DNA of 64,000 bases from Lama glama (taxonomy: Eukaryota), in assembly GCA_028534125.1 (NCBI GenBank), contig CM052816.1, forward strand, positions 100,812,001-100,876,000, read 5' to 3'. How positions within the stretch are numbered: the stretch's first letter is position 1; each line of letters starts with the position of its first letter. Positions 1-13,420 of the stretch are shown piece by piece. Under the pieces are notes generated by a model. It did not search any database. It was not told the origin of the DNA and saw only the letters and a program-made list of their open reading frames with translations. The translations under genes and the position numbers were made by a program.

Positions 1-1074
1 CTGCCCCCAGGGAAGCCCCTTGGAGGGCACTGTCGGGCAGGGACAGTGAGTGGACACCTGGCGGCGGGAGCTGGAGGCTGGCAGAGCCAAGACAGCCTCA
101 GGGTCTCAGAGCCAGAGAGGCTGCCTTCCACCAGGCCAGTGGGCTTTGGGGCCCAGAACCTGGACAGCTGCTCCTTGCCGGGCCCCAGCATCACCGATCT
201 CACACTTGAGACTTTCAAGGAAAAATGATGTTCTTACCGTCCACGTGCTTGGACCTGTTTGAAAGGAAGTCACATTTCGCAAGCCCACTCCCCTGCGGAC
301 TCAGCTCACACCTACACAAGCTCCTGCATGGAGAGTGTTTGAGTCATTCGCCTAAAGACTGCATTTCATTCCCATTCAAATTCAGTTATTTGAAATAAAT
401 TTACCTTTCAATAAATCATAGGATGTATGCATTACAAGTCAGTCATTATGATGAAGGAAAGTGACAGGCACTGACGTACAGATGAATCAGGCGCTTCCCC
501 AGCACGTGATAAATTGGCCATTGATGTTCACCTCACTTTTTCACCCAGAATTCCATCTGCGACGCTCAGCGCACGTTCAGAAGGTCGTGGTGACTTCAAG
601 CCGCTTCGACTTGCTTGGGCAGAACCAGCCGCTCCCTCACGCGAGTCAGAGCCGCGTCCACGTCTGTCATTCTCTGCCCGGTGCACCTGCTTGGCCCGGG
701 GGACAAAGAGGGTGGACGGACGCCCACACTAGCTCACGTCCATCACCTGTGTGCTTCGGTCTGTCTGCCTCACTCCCCTCGGGAGCCCCCGGACGTCTCA
801 GGCCACAGGAGCACTGTACCGACCTACCTTACAAGGAGATCCGTCAAGCGGGAGGTAGATGTTATCACTTTAAATAAGAAAATTGATTAATGGACAAAAA
901 TGTTCTCCCTGGTGGAATTTAAGGAGTATTTCTATTATCTGCTTCACTGCTTCTAAATAGTAGGGAAATTCAAGAAAAATTAACTGGTATCTTAAATATG
1001 ATTAAAAACAGGAGACAGACAGACAGAGACAGACCGACTCCCTAAATCAGAGGCCGCAGGGCCGCCCCCAGACG

Positions 1075-1235
1075 AGCCCCTGCAGAAGCGTCACCTGGAA
1101 ACCAGTTAAAAATGCAACTTCCTGCCCCTCCTCCTGCCGCCCATCCCTGCCCCGTGGACTTGAGGAGGCTAAGTTCCGGGAGGTGATGCCCAGAATTCAG
1201 GGGCTGCAGCCTTCCCAGGAGTGCGAGCAGCCCTG
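1075..1235 (+). mobile_element. MER5A-like hAT-Charlie DNA transposon remnant
   Basis: gcgtcacctggaaaccagttaaaaatgcaa resembles the MER5A core catcacctgggagcttgttagaaatgcaaa; heavily diverged. Confidence 0.5.
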
Positions 1236-2119
1236 CCGCAGTCACTGTCCCTCTTTCCCTGCCAGGCCCGAGGGTTTCAGAGGGAAGCGGCCCAGCCCCA
1301 GGTACGGCCGGCCTCCTAGAGGTGCAGCAAGGCTGCCCGCCATCCCCCCCTGCACTGGCAGGAGGCCACGTGCTCAGGAGGGCAAAGGAGTCGGGAGGAG
1401 GGGCTGTGACCCCGAGATGACACGGTCTGCACTGCTCTGCAAGGCCAGGGAGGAACCGCCATCACCCACTACATGCAAATGGCAAACTCAGGGCCTCTCA
1501 AAGGCTGGCTGTCAAACACCCGCCTTCCAGTCACCTGGGGGACACGTTTGGAACGCGGATTCCTAGGTGGCAGGCCAGCTGGTCCACGTGGTGCCCCCAC
1601 TTTGCTGGTTTCTGAGACTTAGAGAAAGTGCCACCAGTAACCCCGAGTGGCCGCCGGTGGCCCGGAGCCACCAACCCACACAAGTGCCGTTCCTCCCAAA
1701 TTGACCCAGAAATGCAAGCCGTTAGGCTAAGTGATGAGACACATAAAATGACACTGATTTCTATGAAATCGTCGTAGAAATATTCTTAAGGTAAATAAAA
1801 CAATTCAGAGCTGTGAGCAGCCTACAAGGTGCTTCAGATAATCTGGTGAATTGATTCGAAACGGCTGAACTCGGAGAGGCTCGATGAGGTGGCCCTGGGG
1901 AGGCTCAGCTGCTTCAAAGTCGCAATCGTTCGTCCTCGCGTTTCCAGCACCGGACCGCACAGGAATCAACCCGGCCCCCGCGCCGGGCTCTGCTGGCGCC
2001 CCTCGCCCTCCCGCTCCCCCTCCCGGAGACCGAGCCCCCCCCCCGCCGGGCCCCGGAGGAGCCTGACAGGTCCCCGCCGCGCCTCACTCATCATCTGTCA
2101 ACGCGCTTTCCGGATAATT

Positions 2120-2310
2120 TAAAGTTTTAAATGTGACCCAATAAGGCTATAAAACACTAGAAAAAATACAAGTGAAGATTTATATCAACTCAGAGTGGGG
2201 GAGAGATCTCCAAGCATGTCACCACATGCGGACACTGCAGAAAAGCCCATGTGATGAGTGTTCACTGAGTAAAACTGAAATGCTAAGCGCAGGGAAAGCA
2301 GTCCTGAAGG
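2120..2310 (+). mobile_element. Old L1M ORF2 3'-region remnant
   Basis: ctataaaacactagaaaaaatacaagtgaag...ctccaagcatgtcaccacatgc resembles L1 ctataaaactcctagaagaaaacataggaga...gatttcttagatatgacaccaaaagc; weak similarity resumes near 2570-2595 (aagaagatccgaacagac). Confidence 0.6.
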
Positions 2311-2325
2311 CGCAGCCCGCCTCAA

Positions 2326-2510
2326 GCGGCCGGGCGGGGCGGCGGGGCTGCAGGCGGGGCTGCGGGCGGGGGCGGGGGCGGGGCGGCGCGGCTGTGGGCG
2401 GGGCTGCGGGGCGGGGCGGCGCGGCTGTAGGCGAGGCTGCGGGCGGGGCGGCTGTGGGCGGGGCCGCGGGCGGGGCGGCTGTGGGCGGGGCCGCGGGCCT
2501 CGCGCGGCGG
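2326..2510. repeat. GC-rich minisatellite with a ~27-33 bp unit (gcggctgtgggcggggccgcgggcggg); G4-prone
   Basis: Visible tandem copies, almost all G/C. Confidence 0.9.
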
Positions 2511-4844
2511 GACGCCAGCAGCCAAGCCCCAGGCAAGCGTGCGATGAAAGTCAGGCCGCGAAAGAAAGAAATGCCAAGAAGATCCGAACAGACGTCAACG
2601 CTGGGCTCATGCACATGACACACGACCGGGCACTGGAAAGTGAATCGGGAGGGAGCCCGGAGCGCGTGCTGCGCCAGCTGCCCCGGGGGACGCAGGGCTC
2701 CCCTTCGCTGGCCGGAGGGGCGCTGCCCTCTCGGAGCAACCCGAGCGAGCGGGGCTGCGCCCGAGAGCCCCAGGGACGCGCTCAGACCCGGCTCCGGAAA
2801 CACCCGCTGCAGGGCGTTAGGAGGGAAAACAGGAAATGCAGTCAGTGTATCAGCCTAGAAGAGGGACTGGAGGGGAGACTGAAGCGAAGGCCCTCCAGCG
2901 CAGTTTGCGGCCATGAGCAGTGACATTATCGAAAATTACGGGGCATGAGTTCAATGTGTTTTTTCCCAACCGAAGAAGCTTACAAAGCGACGTAAAAAGT
3001 GTGACTTTGCTACTGTCCATCTGAAAAAAATGCAGAAGACGTGTCACTATGGGCATGCTTGTAAGATCCACATGCATTGTTTTTTACTTCCATCTTTTAT
3101 CTGATTTCTGCTTGACATGTGGTGACATCTTTATAGTTACCTTATTCCACTTACAAAGAAAAAAGGAAAAGTGGAAGACCTCTGGAAGTTCTACTTGAAT
3201 TCTCTGCAGGATGACAGTGTCCCAGGAAACAGGTCTCAGACCCCACCAAACACCAGAAAACTCCTGCCACCTGCCTGACACTCAGCCTTCCCCACAGACC
3301 CCTCCTCTTTCCAGAATTTTAATGGTGAAAACATTAAAAACATTTATAACCATGTAGAGGTGTTCTCGAAGGTGAGAAACACCCTGACACGTTGAAAGGT
3401 TAATGCTGGCATTCAAGGCGAAAATGTGATGGTGACTCTGAAGCTCAGAGAATCCCCGTGACAAAGCGCCTGGCAGAGTCTGGGTTTAAGTGTCCCATTC
3501 ATCCTTACTACTGAGACCCTTAGAGTCTCAAAGACCTTTCAGAGTCCCAGTGCTCTGAGGTGACGTTGAACACAGGTCCCGCAGAGAAGAGGCTCGTGGT
3601 GCCGTTCCGGGGCCATCTGTCTCGGCGAGCAACCTAAATCTCCCTCTGTCAGACCCAGGCTGCGCTGTAAATAACCCCAACCTCCACGTCTGTGCAGGTC
3701 CATCATTTCCCCCCCTTCCCCCGGGGCTGAGGCTCCTTCCACACACCGTAGCACAGGACTGCGGGGAGCCCGTTTGGCCGAGTCCCCAGGCGGCACCGAG
3801 ACTCTGGGAGCACGGAGGAGACCGGCACCCCCCGGCCCGGCCCCCGCTGCCGCGGCCCCATTCGTCGGAGCCAGGGCTCCAGAGAAACTCACACGCAATC
3901 GCCAACAGGCTTCACTGAAATGAAAACATCATTTTTCCTTCCGTCCATCTCAGGGAAGTCTGCAACTGCCTCTGATAATTAATCCATTGAGAGAAATCGA
4001 TACCACAGCTGGCTGAGGAGGAAACAGCCCATGGCAAGATAAACTTCTCAGGGATGCCTCAGCGGCTTCTGGAAGCGCTCGGTGCCTGCGCAGCTGTGGA
4101 AACGTGGGGTCTAAATAAATGTCGCTTTCTCTCCCCAAACAACCCCACCCCAAAAAGTCAACCACCCGAGCCGTTTTATGTCCTGCAACACTTTTTTCAT
4201 GAATGCATTCTTTGTTCTCCGAAGGCTTTCGGGTTGGTCTCCCTTCTCCCATTAGGTGTAGCAAATGGGTCTCCAATTTGGTCGTCGCAAATAGACTGCA
4301 AGAAATCGTTTCAGACGTGAGTGATTTATGAGCAATGAGGAAGATTCAGGTTTCTCCGATGGGCTGTTCATGAGTCCAGAGTGGCTTGGGGTTTTCTTGT
4401 TTTCCTTTCTTTTTCTGGTTTTGGTTTCTGGCTGAGGTTTTGTTTTTCTAATTTAGCTTACCTTTGGAAAACCAAGTCGAGTCAGCAGCATAAACTGACC
4501 ACGTACGATCGTTCGGTCTACTGCCCACTACAAAGCGTTACAGCATCATGGGTAAAAGAAATGAGCCAGGTTTAGACCGTTCCCTCAGAAGCGGCGAGAG
4601 CTCGGCTGTCTTGGGGAACACAGCCCGTGGAGAAGTGGATCCAAGATGGCGCACCGTTGAGTGTCGACGAGAGACGTGTTACCGCCGCAAATCGCCGTCG
4701 CTCGGCAGACTTGGGCATCATCTGTTGTCTGATTTAACCTGGGCTGTCTGGGCCAGCTGATTGGCTGAAAGGAGAGGCATCTCTGTGGTATGTCACATAG
4801 CTTTCTTAATTCTTATAATAACCTATATTCATTCAGGCCACCAA

Positions 4845-5030
4845 GCTCTGCCTCTTGATGGCTGTGCAAACCTGGGTAAGGCGCTCGTCCTCTCTGTTTC
4901 TCAGTTTCCTCTTCCCTAAGAACAGTACCTATGTCCCGGGGTTGTGATGAAAATTAACGAAGTGTGACGTGCGGCAGGGCTCAGAGCAGAGCCTGGGGTG
5001 TGCCACGAGCTAGAGAGATCTTAGTTATTC
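4845..5030 (+). mobile_element. MIR SINE
   Basis: gctctgcctcttgatggctgtg...ctctctgtttctcagtttcctc...agtacctat...gggttgtgatgaaaattaa matches the MIR core and 3' end. Confidence 0.85.
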
Positions 5031-8000
5031 AGTTGTTACCCCAGAAAGACTGGGTCTGTCACACGAACGTACACAGTGAGAGTGTGGCAAAGAGAACCTG
5101 GCCGTGGTGTTTGGACTCCAGACTCCACGCTCTTCCCTTTGCTCCTGGAAGTGGGAGGTGGGCGCAAGCCTTGGCGTGAGCTTACTTTTAAAAAGGCTCT
5201 GAGTTAGCGACGCTGAGGATTCTTCCCAGAACAGGGCTCCTTCTGAGGAGCAGAGCCAAACGCAGGGGCCGTGCTCTCATTTCTGCTGTCCAGCCCCTTC
5301 ACTCCTTTGAAAGGAGCACTGTGAAATTCCTCAACGACATAAATCAAATTTCCTGTAGTAAAATTAATGCATATTTTAACTGAAGGATTTGGGGGGGAAA
5401 CAAAGAAAAATAGAAAACATGCCCAAAGCCCTAACAGGAACAAAGCGGCAGCCCCCCGTCCCAGAGAAAGCCCTGGGACAGCCCCTTCCAGGAGGCCCTG
5501 GGCCAGCGGCGTGCAGCTCCTCGTACCAGAAGCAAAGGAAGATGGCCGCAGGCTTCCTGAGCCACGAGCTAAACGCCCTTCTGAACTGAGAGTCGGTTCT
5601 GTTGGCTTCAAAACCCAGCAACAGAAAGCGAAGATCCCGCTCCGTGGGAAGAAGGAACACGTCCTTCCGTCCTTCCGTTCACCCGTCCCTATTTTTGCCC
5701 TCGGTACAGGAGTACATTTGCATAAGCCCCGTTTTTCCTGAGGTCTCTGCCGGCGTGCTTTGCTTCCTCGTGCAGAATTCCAGGATGAAGGTCTCAGCTC
5801 ACCCTTCAAACCTCTCCCTTCATAGGGTGGTTTCCGAGTTTCATGTTTGTTTTGCAAAAGGCAGCAGCCTCTGTAATGCTTAAAACGGGGTGATGTTAAT
5901 TATCCACAGATACCCTGAGCCACAGGATAATTCATTAGGTGCAGCTTTGTTCCTTGCAAAAGGCATTTGAGGGAGATGTTACACGTCTCGGAGCAAAGGG
6001 CTCGGTTCATTATAACTGACACACGGAAAGTCTGCCTTTGAGATTTCTCCCCACTCCTTCCTCCTTTGGATGCGCGGAAGCCTTCCCCGGAGTTCAGAAC
6101 AGATTGCAGTGATTTGGGAACCTCCCTCTGGGGAGCCAGGCGAGCTCTTTTCTTGGCGGGAGTTGGTTTTCCACTATCGATCTGCTCACTGCTCCCCTCC
6201 CGCCGCAGGTCCCGGTGTAGGCGCGAGGCCAACTCAGCTCTGATCATTATCGTGACAAACACTGAAACCACCACGCAGAGGGTGTCCCCACCAGACCGCT
6301 TTGCTCACTGTGGAGGCCAGACTGCTGCCCACACGTTCCTGTCCCCAGAGCAAGAGAGAGCCCAGAGGAGGGGGCCTCGATGGAACAGGCCCGGCCCAGA
6401 GTGGAGAGGGGCTGTGTCCAGTCCCTCCTGCCCTGGCTGGTGAGCCTCAGCCCGGGGACCTGTGTCCGAGACAGGTGGGCCCTGGGGCTGGCAGCAGGTG
6501 TGGTAGGCGCTGCCTCGGTCACCTGCGGACACCGCCGTCACTCTGTCGCCAGGGATAGTCACATCTGAGCACTGCAGCGTGCGCGGCCTCGGCCCACCTT
6601 GTCCACTTAAAAGATCATCCATCACCACCCCGGTTTATAAATCACGGTGGCTGGCTCACTGCGCACCACGGTGAGGTCCAAGCACCCAGAGGTACTTAGC
6701 CAGTTCCCCGCCCCGGCTGCGTGCCTCTCTCTCCCCGCCTCCGGCAGCCAGACCATCAGACGAGCTGTCATCCCGCACCCACGGAGGCCGAGGGGTGCCG
6801 ACAAGGGTGCCTGGGAGCCAAGCCGTCTGATCCGTTAAGACGCGGGGCTGGGAGCTCTTTAAAATTTCCAACCAGTCCCTTCGCCTTTTGTGTTAACAAA
6901 ACCTATTCATTTTGGGATTTGGCAGTTCAAATTACTTCAGACAAGAGCTCAAGACAAATGGTTATTTGACAGAGTCACACAGGCACGAGTGGCAGCAGTG
7001 GAAACGTGGATGCTGGTCGCAGAGGGCAGGCAGGCGCTGGGAAGGCAACTCGGCCGGTCGCAGGCCGCCTGCGCCTTCTAGGAAGGGGGACGCTTTCCAG
7101 AAACCTCACGTGCACGTTTCCCCAGCCTACGTGTATTCATGGTGGAGAGTTCAGGGCACAGATTTTTTTTTCAGCATTTCTGGGACAAGCACGTGTACAA
7201 AAGACCACAAAGACTGATTTCTCTTCCTGTTTTGTGTCACCTGCTAAGTTGCTTTTTACATATTTCAAACAGGATTTCTTTTTCATATTTCCTACAAAGA
7301 AAAAGCATGAATTGTCCTTTGTCCAGAAGAAAGTGGGGGAGGCGAGAGTAAGTGGAAAAGAGTCCCGGTCACCCTCTCACTGGGGGACGGGTTGTACAGG
7401 CTGGAGACTGAGCCTGAAGCAGCGCGATGACAAGTGATGAAGCGCGGTCACATGTCAGTGAGAAGCGCGGTGAGGGTGGCCGTCTGCAGGCTACCGCTGG
7501 GGGGCCAGGAGGCGTGAGGACGGAGCAGGAGAAGACAGCAAGGCCTTTGCAGGCAGGTAACCAGAGCATCTTGTGAAGGAAGAGCCGACTCCGGGGAGCG
7601 GCCCCCAGGGTGCCAATTCGGATTTGCACACCCATCAGTCCTGCATAAAGACCCCAGACCAGGTCCAGCCGCCCAAGCACTGGCCATTCACGAGGGTGGG
7701 AGACAGCTCTGCACCCGACGGCAGGTGAGCCAGGGACAGTCCTTTTTTGCTGAAAACGTGACAAGCAAAAATGTGCCTCGTGTCCGCTTGCCCGGAATGA
7801 AGAGAGAAAAGGCACAACGCATCTGTAAAGAAAAGAAAAAGAGTCTGTGCTTGACTGTGTGCTGTGGTCTCAGGGCCGCGCTGCGCCCTGGGACGCAGTA
7901 GACGCCGCCCCAGGGTGGCCCCGCGCGGCTTCTCCCTCCTCTCCGCCTGAGCGGAAGGAAATGCAGCTGGGTTTTGTTGCTTAGTAATTGTGTTACTTTA

Positions 8001-9299
8001 TCTTCTTGGAAAGACTGGCCCAACGGTGTTGCCCAGTCCTGGCCCGGGATCCAGGCAGACCCGTGTGAGGAGCCCTGAGGCCCCCGCCCAGCCCACATCC
8101 CCAGCCCGCCCTGGAGAGAGGGCCCCGGCATGGGACCAAGTCCTCCATCACTGCCGTGGTCACTTCAGAGCGACCCCCACTTCCGGGAGCTGCCGGGCAG
8201 GGCTCGTGTCCAGTCCCACCCACACCCACGTCTCCCCCCTGGGCAGTGCCCATTTCTGGAAAAGGAGCCACCCTGTCTGGGAAGACGCTTCCGCGTCTGC
8301 CCTGATCTTAAAAACAGCACCTTCCCCCTGGCCAACCTGGCATGGAGCTGTGGGTCTGTCACTCTGGAGGGGAGGCGTCGGGATTGCCCCACGTCTCACT
8401 GTGCGGAGCCCCAGGGCAGCCGTCGTATGTGGTCAGATCTGCTCGGCTGGCCTGCGGTGAAACCCACGGGACGTCCGCCTTAAGGCATGTGTCACAGCCT
8501 TTGATCGGGTTCCAAGATCTTACATGGCAATGGCTTTCATCTTTCTCTTCCACCCAGAATGAGGGCAGATGGTCCACACTGCGTGTCCACGCGCACGCCT
8601 CTCCACTGCGCTCCGCCGTCTCTCCCCGCCTGCGGACGCAGTTCCCGCTGGCTCTCAGGAGGGCGGGTGGGGTTGGCGATGTGCAGAGAGGATGTGGGTG
8701 ATCACGCCACCGTCACTCATCACTGCCCCCGTCAGCCCACGTGAAGCAATGATGTGACGCTGTAAGCACCCCTAACTGAGTTCTCTCTAACTGCTGCATT
8801 AGCCCGAGGGGCCCTCCACCCCCCCACGTGGACTGGACAGTCCGGTCAGCCCTGCGGGTGAGGCTTGTCCCCCAGGACCCACTGGAGACAAGCAGGGGCC
8901 TGGCGGCACCAAGGGGCCCAAAGGAGGCCCTGGTTGGATCATTCTGCTCTCACCATCCTGCAGACGGCTGTTAGAACCACAGGCCTCCATCAGAAGTGGA
9001 CGTGGACGGTGGTCACTGAGCACCCCCGTGTGGAAACCACAGGAGCCGGGGGGCGCAGCACCTGTTTTGGAGTCAGCGAATATTTTCCCTTAGGGGTCCA
9101 TGGAAGAGCAGTGAGGGGAGCTGGCCCGTCTGCTGCGAGCCCTTTGGAACCAGCGGCCCGGGTATAGAAGCCACACGTCCGCTTTATGCTCATGATCTCA
9201 CGTCCAACAGTCAACTCAAGTGACTCTCGTTACGGAGGCAAGGTGAGCAGGTGGGGGCTGCTCCTCCAATTTCACAATCAAAAATAAAGGGACTGCGGA

Positions 9300-9474
9300 C
9301 AGGGTTTGCCAAACGCCTGCCGCCCGCAGCAGAGCACTACCTGGGAGGTTATTGGAAATGCGTGTTTTGGGGTCCCACCCAGGCCCCACTCCATCAGAAC
9401 CTCTCGGGGGGCCCAGGAACCTGCCTGAAGGAGCCGCGGTGATGCCAGTGCTCTCGCGAGTTTGAGAACCATGG
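9300..9474 (+). mobile_element. MER5A DNA transposon
   Basis: acctgggaggttattggaaatgc...atcagaacctct...gtttgagaacca terminal repeat. Confidence 0.75.
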
Positions 9475-10529
9475 GCCCCGGCCGCAGACCGGCTCTTCCC
9501 ACTCCAGGTCTCAGCCCTGTTGCACCTGCACCCACACGCGTGAGCACACGTGCCCTCACACACACCCACGTGCACGTGTGCAAGGAAAAGGCAGGACCTC
9601 AGAGGCGCTGCCTCCAGTCTGTGTCGACCATGCTTTGAAGAAATCATCTACATAAACCGGCTCTTCCATCCTCGCCGTCACCGGCACGTACCGCTTTGCG
9701 TGGCGCTACGCTCTTACTTGGTGAGTGCTGGTGAAAAGCTTAGAGACCACGGGGCGGCTGTCACGCGGAGTGTGGACGACAAAGTTACACAGACCGTTTA
9801 TGGACACATGTAATCACGGCGACGGGAAGTGAGTGGCCGCGTCTGTTTGTAATTGGAAGTAGAAAGATGTATTCACGGTCTTTCCAATCTTTACCAAAAA
9901 ATAGCTTAATCAAGCCCATTAACTTTTTAATTAATCGGGGCAGAAAGCCTTTGCTTGTGACGGCTCGGGAAAACGGGGTCGTGATGAAGTGGCCTGTTCC
10001 CCAGGAGCGAGACAGCATCAAGCCGGGGCACCTGCTCATTGCCAGCACGCTGCGTGGCCTGCTCCGGCCACTCCACGGGCTCTGGGAAATGCTGCGTTAG
10101 CTCTGGGCTCAGGCCTGAGTGGTCTTATCTCCGGCCCGGCCTTAATCTCTGATCTGGACAGATCAGCTGTCCTCCGCTGACACCGGAACGGGCTGTTCCT
10201 TCTGGGATGCCGCAAGTTTTCAAATGACCGAGATTTTAAGATCCTGCCTGGCCTCCTCTGGGCTTTAGGGCAGAAAGCGGAGCGTGGAAAGACAAACTCA
10301 CCCAAAGCGTGTGTGACAGGAACCAGGGCCCCTTGTAAAGGAGTGTCTAGAACCTTAGAAAGCCAGTCACTGGAGATGGCACTGAAATTACACCGGAGAA
10401 ACAGGGAGAAGGAAACTGCAACTGGGAACACGCACGCCCAAGCTCCCGGTCACCACCTCCCGAGCCACGTGCTCTGTGCTGGGCCCTGACCACAGCGGAG
10501 ACGCCCTCGGGGGCCCGGGGCCTCCAGCG

Positions 10530-11120
10530 ACCAGGGGGACAGAGGAAGGTCCAAAAGCGGAAGGCCCCCCAAGGTGAGCCGGTCCAGGTCAGGGATGCCG
10601 CTGGCAGGGGTGCAGCGCGGCAGGTGTGTGCGCCTGGCGGGCGGGGAGGATGCGTGAGGCGCCAAGTGGGGCCGGGGCTGCAGGCAGGGCAGATGGAAGG
10701 GGCCTTGCGGACCGAGATGCGGGGCTGGGAATTCCCTCCAGTTCGGAGGGGAGTCTGTTAGAGAGTTCCAGCAGAAGAGCACGTGGTCCAGGCATTAGAT
10801 GAAGGCGTGTCCTGATGAGGGGGGAACAGGGCCCTGGCAGGAGCCGACGTGGCTGGGCTGGGGGGACACGAACAGGAGAGAGACAAGTTTCTGGCGTGTG
10901 GAGGTTGGCTTGCCCGGATCTGCTGACAGTGGGCTGTGGATGAGCAAGGCGGCCGTGCGAGCAGGAGCTCCGAAGACGACACCGGCCCTGACTGTCACCC
11001 TGTTCCCTCGGCAGAGGGCGGAAAGGATGCAGGCAAAGGTCGCGGCTGCAGGGAAGAGGACAGAGAGTCTCCTTCCTGTCCTGCAAGTGGTTTTAAAGAC
11101 CAGGCTGCCAGCAACCCAGG
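10530..11120 (-). mobile_element. L2 LINE remnant (GC-shifted)
   Basis: aggcagggcagatggaaggggccttgcggacc...gagagttccagcagaagagcacgtgg parallels antisense L2 aggcagggccagatcatgcagggccttgtaggcc...gggttttaagcaggggagtgacatga. Confidence 0.55.
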
Positions 11121-11829
11121 ACCCACCGAAGCGTGGGGACACGTGGCCGAGCTCTGGGGACATTCTGGGGTCTCACCACGCCTGGGAGCACGAGGTTCCG
11201 CCTGGGAATGATGGGCCCGGAGGTCAGGCCGCACGTGTGGGCGGACCTGGTGGGACTGACACGCACCCAGGTGGGGTCAGCCTTCGACGGAGGACAGCTG
11301 AGCCGTGCCAGGACTCGGCCCAGAGCTGCTCCGGCTGCGCGAGTCGGGCCAATTGTTTTCCTGTGTCTGCTGTGCATTCATGTATCCGAGTATTTAACCG
11401 GCTGTTTCCACGTCGTCTCTCTTCAATAAATATGCGTGTGGTCCTCACAAATGGCCACAGCATGTGTCCCCAAAGCAAAAGGGGACCCTTGCCGACCTTC
11501 CCCTCCTCAGGGGACGCTCCTCAGGCCGCCTGGCTTCCCTCATCCTAAATCCCCCTCACAGACAGACGTGAATGTGACGCCCAGGGACAGCAGACGTCCC
11601 CTCGCTGGCCGCCCGTCCTGGGCACACCCAGACCTCTTCCCAGGCAGCTTCAGAGCTCCTGGAAGGTGTGGGGGTCCCAGTGCCCCTGAGCCGTGCCCAG
11701 CCTCACCCCCCGTATTCCCCAGGTGGACGACCTTCCCGCTTTGACGATGAAAAAACAGAGTCTCAGTTCTTGCCACACTCGCAGCGAGAAAAGGAGACAG
11801 TCGTGACTCGGTCGTCCCTGGAGATGAAA

Positions 11830-13420
11830 CAACATCAACAGACAAAATCAATAAAAACACAAAAGCAATATTTTTCCTATTTAAAAACCAATGCCAACTA
11901 GAAATACAAAGGAAGAAACAATTCGGTTCACGATGAAGGAACTATGAGAACACCTGCAAATAACCCGAAGAGAGACGCCGGGCCTGTATTTCAAAAGCAT
12001 GACAGCATCGTGCAAAGACGTGACGGAAGGCTGAGTGAGTGGGAGCAGGTCTTGCTCTTGGCTAAAAAGGCACCTACATGAAACGTCATTTCTACCCAAA
12101 TTACTCCATGGTTTTATGCACTTCCAGTGTAAGTAACAACAGAACTGTCCAAGTTTGCTGGTGGAGAGAGGACCCGTCTAACGTGACGTAATGATGCCAC
12201 AGACCTTCTAGAAATGTGAACATTTTTAAATACTCAGGAGAGTTCAGGAGAAAGAGTAATTCAGAGAAGCCACCTTACTTGACATCGAAGTTGATTATTA
12301 AGCACAACATATAAAGCCGTGGGATGAGAGAGAAAACACGCAGACCGAATAAAACATGTGGGATAAGAAGTGAAGCAGAGTTCTGGATGACTAGCAGCAG
12401 TGCAAGTCACCAGGTAAGGCACGAGTGGCTTCTGAGTGGCACCGAGAGAAGCCACACGCTGGCTCAGGAGGGGCCCCGGCTCACGCGGAGCGAGTACGGG
12501 GCTCTGGTCGCAGCGCCAGGTTGCACATGCAAATGTTTAGCTATTAGAACAAAATCGTAAGTAGAAAGAAACGACTAATTTTTTATTAGAGGAGGGGTTT
12601 CTAAATATGACAAAACAAGCAGTTTCATAAAAGATGGAGTTGTTAAATTTTAAATTTCCAGTCAAATGACCAACTGGAAAGCATATTTGCAACATGTATT
12701 ATAGAAGGATTTTTTTGCACATTAATGAGAAATGAATGATGGATTTGGGAAACACTGGCAGCACAGAGCAACAAGAAATAAAAACAATGAATAAGTATGT
12801 GGAAAGATACAAATGAATCTGCAACACTTGCTTACACGCAAACGGGTAGCTCGTTCCCCGTGCCCCCGCCCCATGCCCGTCAACAAGGGTGACAGAAAGC
12901 AGGGGTTCTGCTAACCTGTCGGGCACAGTGTGTTCTAGAGCAGAGTTTTGGAAGGTGGTTTGGCATTATGCCACAGAACCTGTGATGTGTGTGCCCTGTG
13001 ACCTGGTGATCAGCTTCCAGGAGAGCATCCCGCCAGCTTGGGATGCAAGGGTGGTTTGTGACGGGGAATAGCCACCCTGAGGGCCATGGGATGCCAGGAA
13101 GCCTTCCGGAGAACCAGGTAGGGCTGTAGACAAGGTCTTTCCAGACGCATCGTTAAGTGGAAAAATCAAGTTCAGAAAAGTATGTGTGATATGATGTCAT
13201 TTCTGCATGAGAAGAGGATGATGGATGGATGGACAGATGGAAGGATGATGGACAGACGGATGGATGGAGGGATGGATGGGGGATGGATGATCGAGATACA
13301 GATCACATGTAAAAACATTTTTATCTATTCATAGAAAATATCAGAATGGTTTGCCTACAGTGAGAGGACCAAAGAAGCAGAATAAAGAATATGACTCCAT
13401 TTTCAATGTTTATGCCTTAA
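11830..13420 (+). mobile_element. Ancient L1 (L1ME-like) ORF2 to 3' end remnant
   Basis: A-rich; caaaatcaataaaaacacaaaagcaatatttttcctat and gtcatttctacccaaattactccatggttttatgcacttcca follow the L1 ORF2 consensus in order; no intact frame. Confidence 0.8.
13216..13290. repeat. Degenerate (TGGA)n microsatellite
   Basis: Seen directly. Confidence 0.9.

Larger units (their letters stand above)
1880..2930. promoter_or_regulatory. CpG-island-like block
   Basis: Very high GC, dense CpG, many GGGCGG boxes; no associated coding exon seen. Confidence 0.6.

Noticed and set aside
2172-2803. Ala/Gly/Pro-repeat ORFs on both strands
   Set aside because: Translations of the GC minisatellite
4642-4651. YY1-type CAAGATGGCG as a promoter or start of a gene
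   Set aside because: Isolated motif with no convincing downstream exon or coding frame
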